Made by a program: the position numbers and the translations under genes. From positions 71,982,001-72,046,000 of the forward strand of contig NC_045705.1 of NCBI RefSeq assembly GCF_009834535.1: a stretch of DNA of 64,000 nt. Direction: 5' to 3'. The notes beneath the pieces are model-generated. The model had not been told where the DNA came from. It saw only the letters and a list, made by a program, of their open reading frames with translations, and did no database searches. Below are positions 24,501 through 37,100 of the stretch, in pieces (positions within the stretch are counted from its first letter, which is position 1; each line of letters starts with the position of its first letter). The DNA is from Camelus ferus (taxonomy: Eukaryota).

Positions 24501-26738
24501 CGGATGTCGGGGGGCAGTCAGTTCTGGGACTGGACAGTGGTCACCCCCCCCCCACCCACAGGGATACCCCTGTTTTGGGCCACAAGACTGGAGCAGGTGG
24601 CAGACACTCCCTTGCCTCGCCCACACTGACCCTGGCCAGGACTAGCTCTGGCTGGGGGATATGCGTGATGTGGTGGGAGCAGAGGTCACAATCGTGTATG
24701 CCCAGTGGGGCCACTGCCAGCTAAGGGCCTGCCCTGAGGGTGCCAGTGTACAAATGCGCCCCACGGAACAGACCCAGTGCAGTTCACAGCTTGGAGCCCA
24801 GCTCTGCTGAGCATGGCTGTGCCCCAGCCTGCCTCAACCCCAGGGACAAGTACACTTGTGCTGTGAACCCATAAGTCTAGGGGTCGTTGGTCATTAACAT
24901 CACTGCAGCAATAGCTGACTCATACAGAACTCGGGACCTAGACGCAATTCCAACAGGTACCACAACAAGAAGAATGAATGTGACCTTGGACTGGGGACTG
25001 GGGTCAGGAGTGGGGAGTGACGTGAGTGTTACTGGAGCCAGAAAGATGGAGACCCCCTGTCCTGTGACGACGGAATTTTGGTAGAAGGGTCTCCTTAGTA
25101 ACCTGGATGGCAGAAAAAGCACACAGTGAACTTGTGGCACTGGGTGGAGAAGTCCTAAGCAAGATGTGGCAGTGAGCTGGCCGCGGTGGTGTGTTGATGA
25201 GGTGCTATAGGAGACAGAGTTCAGAGGGGATGGAGAGGGCCCAGGACCTGTGGAACTTGTGGGCTTGAACAATAAAATGGTTTCTTCGCTCAAATCAGTA
25301 AAACTACCAGGGCTTGAAGTTAGAATGACCCAGGAAGACAGCCTCCAGGAGAAGCCAGGCTGCTGAGTGCCCGCCACAAGCGCGAGGCTCTGGGAGGGGA
25401 GAAATGCTTTCAGAAACAACCACAGGTGTGGTTCTTGGCGTGGCGTGCCCCAGACTCACACACATTAGAAAGCATGTGTGGCTCTGGACTGCTGACAGCC
25501 AGAGTGCCATGGCCTGGCCTGAGGCTGACCGTGGCCATCGGGCGCTCTCCAGCAAAGAGCTGGGGAGAAGGGGGAGGGCCCAGGGCTGACAGAGTGGCTG
25601 CAGTCAGGGTGTGTTCCCAGCACAGGGGCCTGGGGAGGTGCATACACTGTAGGCCTGGCTGGAGGGCTGCACACACGGGGCCGCCAGGGGCACGGGGAGG
25701 GGGGCCAGCAGGAATGACTCGCCCACCTGCAGTGACCAGACAGTGAGGATGCTTCTCCGTGTTGGTCAGGAAGGTGGGTGGGGATGTCGGGCCACTACCT
25801 TCAGCCAAGTGTTTGGGTGAGTCACCTGGAGTCTCCAAGAGGCCCCTCCCTGTATGCATCTCACCCCGGCGCTAGCGTGGGTGCAGGCCGGAGGGCCCCG
25901 TGGTAGGGGTTGCCCGACCCTCCGCGTGGCCAGTGGTGGCAAGGGGCTCAGCCAGTAGGGAAGGGGTGAGATGGCTGGGAGGTGTGGGGTCGCACGCTGG
26001 GGTCACTGGGTGGGAACCTGCAGACAAGAGGTCTCTGCAGAACCTGCTGGGTCTCAAGGTGAGGGTGGGGGAGCGGCAGCAGCCCTGAGGCCCAGGTTTG
26101 GGAGAGAGGCTTCAACAGCTGCCCCAGACACGGTCAGCGGGATGGCAGGATGCCCTACCTGACCTGCCCGCCCAGTGGACTCCCGCCCGGGTTCTTCATC
26201 CACTCTGTGGGCCACACACTTTGAAGGTCTATCACCCTGTCTCCCGTGAGAACTCTCTGGGTCACGGAATGGTTCAAGGAGGGACCCCTGGAGCTCCGCG
26301 CACAGTGTGTGCTCAGCAAACCTGTGGAAGGGCCTGGCTCAGGCCCTTCTGTGGCCTGAGTGCCTGGGAGAGGTCTGCGCCACCAAACACCCAGGACTGG
26401 CCCTGAGCATGGAGCAGGGGCAGGGGGCAGAGGGGGTGAGGGCATCTGTCAGCCAGGCTAGGCCATGAGGGCTGGGGACGGAGGGCTGGCCGGACAGCAG
26501 CCCCGGGACATCGGCCACGCAGGCCCACGCCTGAGCCCCAGCCCCCAGCCCCTACACTCACCAGTCGGGCAGGTGACAGGTACTCCTCCAGCAGCTGCTT
26601 GCCGTGGTCCCTGCCATGGCCACCTGGGTCCTGGCTCTGGGGGCAGGGGTTGTGCAGGCCCTGCCAACTCAGCTCCCGCACTCGGATCCTGGCTGTGCTT
26701 GGCCGAGGCCCAGGGCCTCTGTCCCAGGCCTGGTCCAT
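12534..26738 (-). CDS. LRRC56: Leucine-rich repeat-containing protein 56 (ODA8/DNAAF12 homologue; 552 aa, 11 coding exons)
   Basis: Exons 26562-26738, 24410-24497, 23838-23898, 16798-16894, 16513-16713, 15552-15762, 14953-15129, 14808-14872, 14519-14655, 14157-14290, 12534-12844; total 1659 nt, in frame. Motifs RVRELSWQGLHNPCPQ, LQVLWLARCGLADLDG, ELYVSYNDISDLSPLCLLEQLEVLDLEGN, YRAEVRQLIPQLQVLDE. Confidence 0.95.
17491..17631. repeat. 47-bp minisatellite, 3 near-identical copies (LRRC56 intron)
   Basis: Unit tgtccactggctcctgggatgcgcctgagggcttggcttttgtgttt starts at 17491, 17538 and 17585, with one substitution each in copies 2 and 3. Confidence 0.95.
17850..22150. mobile_element. Old L1 (L1M-type) fragments in both orientations inside an LRRC56 intron
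   Basis: AT-richer block. ~18400-19250 resembles antisense ORF1; ~19330-20700 and ~21300-22150 resemble sense ORF2/3' sequence. No intact ORF. Recognised by eye. Confidence 0.65.
20735..21058 (+). mobile_element. MLT1-type ERVL-MaLR LTR
   Basis: gaaggtcacatgagtgtggaggcagag...cctccctcagcctcagagggaacc...gcctccagaactg...tttgttcagcaactctag resembles the MLT1 consensus. Confidence 0.7.
24950..25400 (+). mobile_element. MLT1-int (ERVL-MaLR internal) fragment
   Basis: ...ggagaccccctgtcctgtg...gtaacctggatggcagaaaaagcacacagtgaacttgtggcactgg... resembles MaLR internal sequence. Confidence 0.55.
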
Positions 26739-28979
26739 TCACATCCAATGTGCTGGACGAAGGCAGAGGGCACAGCTGTGAGCCTCTGCTCTTGCTCTGA
26801 CATGCAGCACAGCAGAGACCCTGCACAGCCTGGACATGTGTCTGCACAGCCAGCCCCCAGATCCCCTCTGGGCCCCGGGAAGGCTCTGCCCTCACCACTT
26901 AGTAACAGCCTGCCTGAGGGCCTCGCAGCCCCCTCCCTGAGCCTGGGCAGGCCACTCTCCATGGGTTTTTGCTCATCCTTCCAGGTCCACGCGAGGGGTG
27001 CTGGTGCCAGCCTCCCCCTCTGAGGCCCATGTAGGCTGTGAGCCCAGGGGGCCGCCTCCAGGTCCTGTTTGCTTGTTTGCCCGCTGAGACCAGCAGTAAG
27101 CCTCTGCCTCAGGCCTTGTGCTGTGCCTTTCTCTACTGGATGGGCTCTGAGTCCGGGGGTCTCAGGCCTTTTGCCATCCCACCCCTGTGCCCAGCGAGCC
27201 CCCTCACCTGGAGGCAGCTGCCTTTTCTCACTGGGGTCAAACACCTGGGCAAGAGAGCAGCATGTGGTCCCAGGCGGCACCTGTTAGAGAGAGTCAGGCT
27301 GGCCTCCTGGCTGGGCCACTGTGCCTAAGGGACCTGGGACAGGCTGGGCCAAGGTCACAGGGCCCAGCAGCAAGCAGGTGCAGAGGCTGTAGGGGCTGCT
27401 GGCCTAGGGCCTGGTCCTAGGTCCTTTTGGTCATCCTGATGGGGCCCCTGACCCGGCTGACGAGGAAGACAGCCATGTGGGTGACCGATGTTGGGGTCCC
27501 TCCAGAGCAAATGCCTTGTCTTCATTCAAATCCTCACTTCCTTCCATCTCTGACTGCAACTTCTCCAAAAGAGGTCCCCAGCCTGTCACTCTGGACCATC
27601 TCCCGTGCACAGGCCTCCCTGGCACCCCATCCCTCCTGAGCATCGCCCCCCAGGCCCCAGGGCAGGCTGTCCGCTGTGTCCAGGACTATCTGCACTAGGC
27701 TCCCCTGGCACCCCTCCTCAGAGACCCAGATGCCTGGGCCTGGCCCCAGACCCTGGAATCATCTCTGGGGGCAGAGCCAGAGGCCTGCTGGAACATCCTC
27801 CCTGCCTCCACCTCAGGTCAGGGCCTCGCCGACCCCCCTACTCCTGAGCTTCCTCCTGCCCTTCCTGGATTTACTTCTTAAGACTGGCCCCTCCCACAGC
27901 CCTCTGTGTTTCACAACTTATTCAGTTGAGTGCGTGTCTTGCCCCGAGTGCGTGCGTGTGCCCTGTGCCATGTCCTGCCCTGCCCATGGTGTGCAGAATG
28001 GGCTCTAAAATAACCCCTGAAAAATCAGTGAATGTGGCAGGTGTAGCCTCTGGCCAGTTCTTATCTACCAGCCCCTGTGGACACTCAACACTCATCCTGT
28101 CCATCAAGTCTAGAGACGCCCCCCTCGGCCGGGGCAGCTCTCCACTAGGCTCTGACAGAGAGGATGTGAGGCAGTACTGGGCCTTGGGAGTGCCCCTATG
28201 TGGAAAGTGACCCGTACACCAAGGACCCATGGAGGTTAACACCTCATGGAGTTTGTGGCCAGGATTTTTTCCCAAAAGTTCTTCTCCTGCCTGCCTTTCT
28301 CTCACTGGTGAAAGGCCCCAAACCTTGGAGGAGGGCCCCACCATCGGGCCCCCTGGGGAGATGCTGCGAGCTGTGGGCTATGGGGAAGGTATGGGCTAGC
28401 CAGGCCGTGGCCCTGGGGAGCCGGTACGCCACCCTCTTTCCTCTGTGCCTGAGAACAGCTGACCTGAGATCTTGTCTGCGATTAGGCCCAGAGCACAGGT
28501 CCAGTCTAGCCCCAAGGTCTTGAGGTCCAAGGAGCAGGGCTGCAGCTCCCATCTAGACACTGTCCCCTCACATCCATTCGCGGGCCTGGACCACACTGTT
28601 CATGGACCTGATGCCATCCTGCCCTACCACTCTGTGAGCCCCTGAGGTGGAAACCTGGGGGCCATTCCCTCTTCATAGCTCAGGCCATTTCCCAGCCTGG
28701 ACCATCAGCTCTCTGGGTCCTCTCCACCTGCCATCCCTTCTGAGGGCATGGCCGGCTCCACTCCTAGGTCCCCACCACAGAACCCCCCAGAGTCTGGGTC
28801 TCTGAGCAGGTGACTGGGAGCGCCTCAGCGCACAGCCAGGGGTTGTGGGCAGGGTCCCCAGGGGACCTGATCTGACATCTGGGGCATCACTGGGACCCCA
28901 CTGGCTTTGCTGCTTCGTCCTCGGCCTGTTTACCCCCTGGCACTGGGTAGGTAGCGAGGCCTGTGGCCCTGGACCCAAA

Positions 28980-29760
28980 GGCAAACTCAGTTCTCACCTG
29001 AGGGCTCGGCCCCGGTGCTCCGGCCCCGGGGGCTCGGCCCTGGGCGCCCTCCTCCGCCGGGCACTCTCTTCGACTCGGGGCGGTTCTTCCGGCGGCGGGG
29101 TTGAGAGCCCTGGGCGCCAAGGCAACGGGGGCGGGGCCTCGGCTGAATACGCAAATATTCTTGAGCAGCAGCGTCCTCCCGGCGCCGCGCGGCCGAGCCA
29201 CGCCCCTCAGCAACGGTTGCTAGGGCCGGCTGGCAGGCAGGCGGGGCGGTAGCCAGCCCACCTGGGGGTGCGGGCGTGTGGGCGCCCCTCCACCCGGAGG
29301 GAAGCTGGGGAAGTGGGACGCCGTCGACCCAGGGGGGCGCAGCGGGGCCAGGTGTCGGCCTCCTCAAAGGAGGTCTGGGCTGGAGACACGCGCCCACCTT
29401 TCTAAGGTGGGAGGCACCGGTGCAGGGTCCCGGAGGCCCTGCGGGATTTACCTCCGCCTGCAAGTGTGGCCGATGCCTCGACCGAAGGAAGCGCCCTGGG
29501 AAAAGACCGTCTGAGGACGAGGGAAATGCCGACCTGGACACCTGGAAGGGAGTCCAGAGTAAGCGCGCCGGTGAGGGTGGCCTCCACCCGTTTTCACTTT
29601 CCGCCTTTACTTCGCGTCTACGCGCGTCAGGCGCGACTCAGGCCGTGCCAGCCCGACACAGCCTCGGCAAGGGGGGTCGCCGCCACCGTGGGGGCGGGGG
29701 GTGGCCCCCAGGGGCCCTCCAAGGCCAAGGCCTGCAATGGGGTGAACTCAGGGGAACAGC
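28980..29760 (-). promoter_or_regulatory. LRRC56: CpG island: LRRC56 promoter and non-coding first exon
   Basis: CpG-dense. Strong minus-strand donor CAG|GTGAGA with exon end at 28998. RFX-like and forkhead-like motifs at 29151-29225. Confidence 0.75.
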
Positions 29761-30599
29761 ACAGAGCCGGCGCGGGAGGGGGCCGAATGTCTTGGAAGAG
29801 GTATGGAATGGAAGAGGGTAATGAACAGTCTTTTCTGGTAAATAAGGAGGATGTGTTTATGCGTTACTTTGACAAATTTTTAAATGTTAAAAACATGCCT
29901 TTCTGAGAGCCTTGAAAGGACACGATGTGCATGTTTGTGCTTGGGGTGGGGGAGACTTCAGTTCAACCCCCATGGTAACTTTTGGGTTGAATTGGGAGGG
30001 TACCGTTTGTTGTTTGGGCCTCACGGTGCGCTGCGGGAGGGCTGGGATCTCAGGGTTTGGTGAGGAGCTCCGTGGGCGGGTAGTCTGCAGGGCCTGCCCA
30101 AGGTGGGGGATGCTGGCGATGAGGGGATGCGGGAGAGGGGCCTTCCTCGGAGCTCCGGGCGAGGCTGCACGCTAAGTGAGTGAGAAGCAAGACGCACCCC
30201 GCTGGGTAAAAAGACTGAGCCGGACTCGATGCTCCGCGAGCTCAGACGTCCCCTCCCAGCCCCTGCCCTGCCAGGCCCAAGATGCAAGACTGAGCCGCCC
30301 CCGAGGACCCAGCCGAAGCTGCTAGGCGTCCTGGGAACAGGAGTCACAAGCGCCGGACCCTCGTCCTGGCGACCCCTCCGCTTTTCTCCAGCCCCAGGTC
30401 CAGGGGATGTCCATGGTGCTGACCCCGCGGACCCCACCCTCCCTGAGGCTTGGAAGTGCTGTCTCCTCCGTTCCGAGTCACCTCTCCTCCGGGCCCCCTT
30501 TGGTGGTATGCCCCCCGAAGGCGCAGGGAGGCGTGGGCGCAACTGTGAGCGCCGTCGAGGTGCGGAGGGGCCCGGCGCAAGACCCCGTGCAGTGCAGGA

Positions 30600-31450
30600 G
30601 CTCTAGTCTGACCCCTGCGACCCCGCCCCAGTCCACAACCGCCGCGGACTCACTTTACAGCGGGGTCTCTATCTCCCCGCGAGTCCTGCCTCTTTCCGGG
30701 AAAGTCCGGGCCGTCCCCAGGGAAGCTGTCTCCCCCAGACCGTGTACCTGGCCGATCCAGTCCCGCAGGCCGCGGCCCACGAGGGCCACCCGGGCCGGCA
30801 TCGCCCTCTGAACGGCTCCCGGAAGCCCCGCCCGGCCGCGGCCTCTGACGGACGGGCCGCTCAACCAATCTGAGAGGGTTGGGGCGGGGCTAAGGCGCTG
30901 TGGGGCGGGTCCCGGCGCGCGCGGCCAATAGCAGGCTCGTCTGGCTGACGGATGGGCGCGGGGCGGGGCGGGGCGTGCTCGGGCCCGGTCGAGTGTTCGC
31001 CGCCCGCAGCCGGAGCCGCACCCGCCGCGGACGGAGCCCATGCGCCGGGCGAGCCGTGCGCCCTGGCCCCGGCCCGCGCCGCCCCCCTCGCCCCGGCCCC
31101 GGGGGCAAACGCGCCCGTGAGCGGTGAGTGCGGCGGGGGCCGGGGACCGGGCGGGGGGCCTGCGATCCTCTCTGTGCGCGCGGGCGCGCGGGGGCGCAGG
31201 TGAGCCGCGGGCGGCGGCGGGCGGGGCCCTGCGGCTGGGGCTGCGGGCGGCCCCGGGTCCGCTCTGCCTCGCCCTGGCCATCCCCTCGGGCTCCGTGTCC
31301 CGGGCCCTGTCTTCCGGGGCCCGGCTAGTGCCCTCAGGCTGTGCGCTGGGTGCCCGCGAGCCGAGGCCCGCCCATGACCATGGCGCTAGGCGGGGTCGCC
31401 CGCCCGCCAGGCCGCAGGGACCCCTCCGAAGAGCGCGGGCACCTGGCGGC
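30600..31450 (+). promoter_or_regulatory. HRAS: HRAS CpG-island promoter, non-coding exon 1 (donor after 31123) and G-quadruplex motif
   Basis: CCAAT boxes at ~30865 and ~30925, multiple GC boxes, GGG-CGC-GGGG-C-GGGG-C-GGG at 30954-30972, and donor GCG|GTGAGT at 31123/31124. Confidence 0.85.
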
Positions 31451-32322
31451 CATCACACACAGCAGGCAGACCTGGGGTTTAGGAAATCACTGCCCACTGT
31501 CCCCACAAGGGCACCCCCTCTTTAAACATCACAAATTGGGACACCCCAGCTGGGGGCCTTGCCCGAGGCCCCTTTTTCTTTTTCACCTGTGCCCCTGTTC
31601 CCACACCTCCTTTGGGTGTTTTCCCCTTGATCAGCTTATGCTTCCTGGAGCCCTGGCCCCCCGCCCGGCCTCCTCAATGTCTCACGTTCTCAAATGTTGG
31701 GGCAACAGGGCACCAAGGTTTCTGTTTATTATAAGTATGTGGGTCTTTTCCTTGGAGCATAGCCTGAGCCCAATGGGGCAGGCGTTCTTTCTGCCTGCTG
31801 TCACCCTGTGCCTGTAACCGCGCCCTGCACCCAGTAGGCGCTCAGTGAATACTTGTCAAGTGGACCAGCCTGCCTGGCGGGGCCAGAGCCCAGTGTTGGC
31901 TGCCACTGACCTGTCTAGGCATGCTCCTGTGCCCGCTGCTGTGGCAGGACCTGTTCTTGTGGGGGGTTGCTGGTAACCTCAGCCCGCAGCACCTCCAGTT
32001 CAGGTTTTTTGCCTACCCAGCAGCTTCTAATTCGGGTACATGCTTGTCAGCCCTGCAGGGGTGGCTCCCTGCTTCTCTCACACAGTCCTTAAGTGTGGCT
32101 GGAGGCAGGACCCTCTTCCACTCTAAGCTGGGGGTGCCACACGTGAGCGGTTGGGTCACCATTCGGGCTACCACCCCTGTTACCTGGATGTACGGACCCA
32201 GAGGGCAGGCAGGCTTGGGAGCTCAGTGGGCTGGCCCTGGGTAGTCTGGCTGTGGCTGAGTGCAGCTTTCTCAGCAGGTGGGACAGGAGACCACTGCAGT
32301 GCCGAGTGCCGTGGTCCCTTGA

Positions 32323-33662
<1,340 letters not shown>

Positions 33663-33934
33663 CAGCCCATCCTCCGACATCTGGCTGGTCCCCGGCCCCG
33701 CCCGGCACAGTCCCTGCCAGTGGAGGTGCCGGATGCCGGGAGGAGGCCCACGCAGGGGACGGAAGAAGGGAAGGAAGGAAGTGCCGCTGGAGCCCGGCCA
33801 GCCCAGGTCGGTGGACACAGTGACCACAGGCCTCCTGGGACATTTGTACAGACTGTCGTGAACTGACGCTACCGGCACCCCAGCGGCTCCTCTCCTCCAG
33901 CCCTGTCCTGACCCGCTGGGCGCAGGCCGATCAC

Positions 33935-33940
33935 AGTAAA
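33935..33940 (+). terminator. HRAS: HRAS non-canonical poly(A) signal AGTAAA
   Basis: gatcacAGTAAAttatttgatggtcttga matches the conserved mammalian HRAS 3' end. Confidence 0.85.
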
Positions 33941-34132
33941 TTATTTGATGGTCTTGACCCTGGCGTTCAGCTGAGGCTAGGAGGCTGAGGTGCGTGGCCT
34001 CCCAGGAGGCAGGCAGGAACATCAGCTTCCCTGGCCAGTGGTCCCTCTGCTTCTGGGGGCACCGGGTGGGTCACGCAGAGACCTCTGGTGCTACAAGAAC
34101 ACGCGAGTCTAGCACGTAACACACAAAACAAC

Positions 34133-37100
34133 TTTATTGACCTTTAACCAGCAAGGGGGAAATTGAGACCAAAGGCACGATCCTTCCCCTTGGAAGGCAG
34201 CCTTCTTCAGGATTGGTTCTGGGAGTGGGGGGGGGGTTCCTTCTGACTCCGGGTGGGGTCGTATTTTCTGGCTGTTTGGGACCCTGAAAGGCAGTTACTA
34301 ATTTTGACAGAAGGGGTCCCAGCCTGTCGGGTTCAGCCCGACCTGGAGCAGGGCCCCAGCATCTTCTGCTCGGCCTCACAGCTCTGCCACGTGGGGTCAG
34401 GAGGCTGCTTGGGGCCTGGCATCTGATTGTTCCTGCCTCCTTATGTGTGCAAGGGTGGGGCTTTTCCGCCCACCCCTGCCACCCCTCGGTGGGGTGGCCT
34501 GTGGCTCCCAGAGCTCCCTCACGTCACCGAGGTGGCCTTGTGGGGCACGTCCAGGCCCCAGGGGGCCAGATGCAGCTCCGAGAGGGCTCGCTTTGCCTTG
34601 GGACAGAATTCGGGGCACTTTGTTCCTCCACTCCTCGTCCTGGCTGTGGTAGGGGTCATGGTGTCCCTGCCCTCTTGGGGCCTGTGGTCAGGCCAGTCCC
34701 CACTGGGTCAGGGGCTTGTGCCCTGTGAGGGTGGCAGTGTCCTCCAGGAAGGGCAGCATGAAGAGGCAGGGTGCATAGCTAGCTCCCCGAGACTTCGGGA
34801 ATCACCGCTCCTTCTGGAGGCCTCTGAGCGTCCAGCTTCCCTGTGGACTCGGAAGTCGGGGTAGTGGAGACGTGTGGGGCCCTGGGGCTGCTCCTGGGGC
34901 GCTGTGCTGGCTCTGCCTTGGCCGTGCTGCTCGCTGTCCTGGGAGGGGCACTGGCCACAGGTTTCGCGGGGCAGGGGTTTGTCCTGAGCCCTGTGGCTGC
35001 ATCTGCAGAGGGCTGGGTGGAGCCTTTGTCGGGGGCCTCAATGGGGTTGCAGGGCCAGGCCTGTGTGGCCCTGGGGGTGGCCTCAGAAGGGGCTGAATGG
35101 CAAGGGACCCAGCGTTCTGGCTCACAGCTGATGTCTGGGGGCGGCTTGCCCTTAGCCTTGTGGTTCACTGGGAGGTTGGGGAGGGAAGTCCATCGCCATG
35201 GCTGCAGCCAATCCTGAGGGCTGTCCTGGGCTGGGGACAGGCAGGCCAGACTGGAAGCCTCCCAGGTGGCCAGAGGCAAGCCTGTGAACGTGGCCCCCTC
35301 GTGCGGCTGCTCCTTGGCCTTTGGAATGACCTGGCCGGGTGAGGGTTCAGGCTGCTCGTGCTGGGCAGGTAGGCCAGGGAGGGCCGGCTGGTCCTCTCCG
35401 GGGAGCGTGTCCATGCTAGGAGAGGTGAGAGGCCTGGATGCCGGGGACGCTTGCTCCAGGCCCAGGGGCCTCGTGGGGAACCCCTTGGGTGTCACTGCAA
35501 GTGGGCACATTTGTCAGCGTGTCCTCCTGGCCTGTGGAGGTGCGGCCCATGGGGCCCTGTGTGGCCGCCCTATCCTGACACAGCGCCACCTCCAGGCTGC
35601 TGACCTCTAGCATCTGCGGGGCCTGCCCTCTGCCCAGCCCTGGCCTAGTGGCCGAATCTTGGAACAGAAGAGGAGATGGACAGGGATGGGGAGGAAGGCC
35701 CGGGGTCTAGAGGGTGAGTCGGGAGGAGACCCCTGCTGAGCCCACCTGTGGGGGCAGGTCACACTTCATCCTGCGCAGCTCGGCCATCGAGGCCTGCAGC
35801 TGCCTAAGCACCACGTTGTCCTCCAGGGCCCAGGGCTGGGACAGCGTGTCCTGCAGAAATTCCCACAGGCCCTCCAGGGGCAGCTTCAGGAAGCATTCTA
35901 GGGGTGGGGGTGCCATCAGGCCAGCAGGGGCCCTGGTGGGCAGTCTCAGCCCCCGACCCTGGAGTACCTGCTGTGGGCAGTGGCTGGGTCCTGCTGTGCA
36001 CCACCACTGGGGCTCTAGCTGTGCGCAGGGGAGCCTCAGGCAGGGCCATGGCAAAAGGCGGCCCCGTCCTGCTGCCTCTCCAGAGGATGCCCTGCCCAGC
36101 TTGCCTGCCGGCCTGCCCTCTCACCCGCCTGCGTGGCCTTGGTCTCCACACTTGGATGACTCACTTTTGTGCACTGTGAGGACAGTGTGGGTCATGGCCA
36201 TGAGCACATGCTCACTGTCCAGGATGTAAGTGTCCCAGAGCTTCAGGGGGAGGGTCTGTGGGGACAGCAGGCTCCTGAGCAGGGCACAGTGGAGGTGTCA
36301 GCACAGGTAAGGACACCCTCCTGCCTCTGGTCCCTACAGTCCCTGCCCCACCCAGGCTGCATCACACAGGGTTCTGTAGCTCCTTATCTGGGTGGACCCA
36401 TCCTGGGGGTTGCGGCTGCTGGACGAGGGTGCCCCCAGAAAGGCCCTCAGGAGGGGCCTGGCTTGTCTGGGGATGGGCTCAGCCTCCCTGGGCAGCCTTA
36501 CCCGGTCAGTGAAGCACTGGAGGAACCACTTGGTGGTGTGGATGCCAGTGGACATCTGTTCCTTGTCCTGATGGGGGACTCGACTGCTCAGGGCCTGCCT
36601 GGTCAGCCGAAGCCTCCCTTCTGTGGGCCGCCTGGCCCCCCAAGGAGAAGGAAAGTGAAACCTGCAGGGGTGGGCCCCCCACCCTGCCAGGGGGACCACA
36701 TCTCTGGGGGGACGCTGCTACTCACCATGTGCCGCTTCAGCTTGGGGAGGGCTCTGCCAAGAATGTGCTCGTGATGAGCCTGGAATCTCAGCAGTTTTGG
36801 GGATCCCGGGATAAAGAAGCCTGAGAGCCCCCCGGCCCCCACATGTCAGAGTCCCTCCCAGTGAGGTGAGAACTGTGGGTGCCTCAGGAGCCCAAGCCTC
36901 TCCCCGCAGTGACCCCGCCTTGCCCACGGCCCTCCCGAGCCCGGGCTGGACATGGTCTGCCCAGACAGCAGGCCTGCCTTTGGTGTCTGGGGCAGAGGAC
37001 CTGCTCCCAGAGTCTCAGCTTGGCTGCCGCTCACCCTGTACTGAGGGCCTAGCAGATGTTCGGCCCTGGCAGGCCCCCTCCCCACAGTGGCCACAGCACA

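Noticed and set aside
34000-35500. HRAS1-type 28-bp VNTR
   Set aside because: No tandem array is visible downstream of HRAS; the space is occupied by the last exon of the TBC gene.
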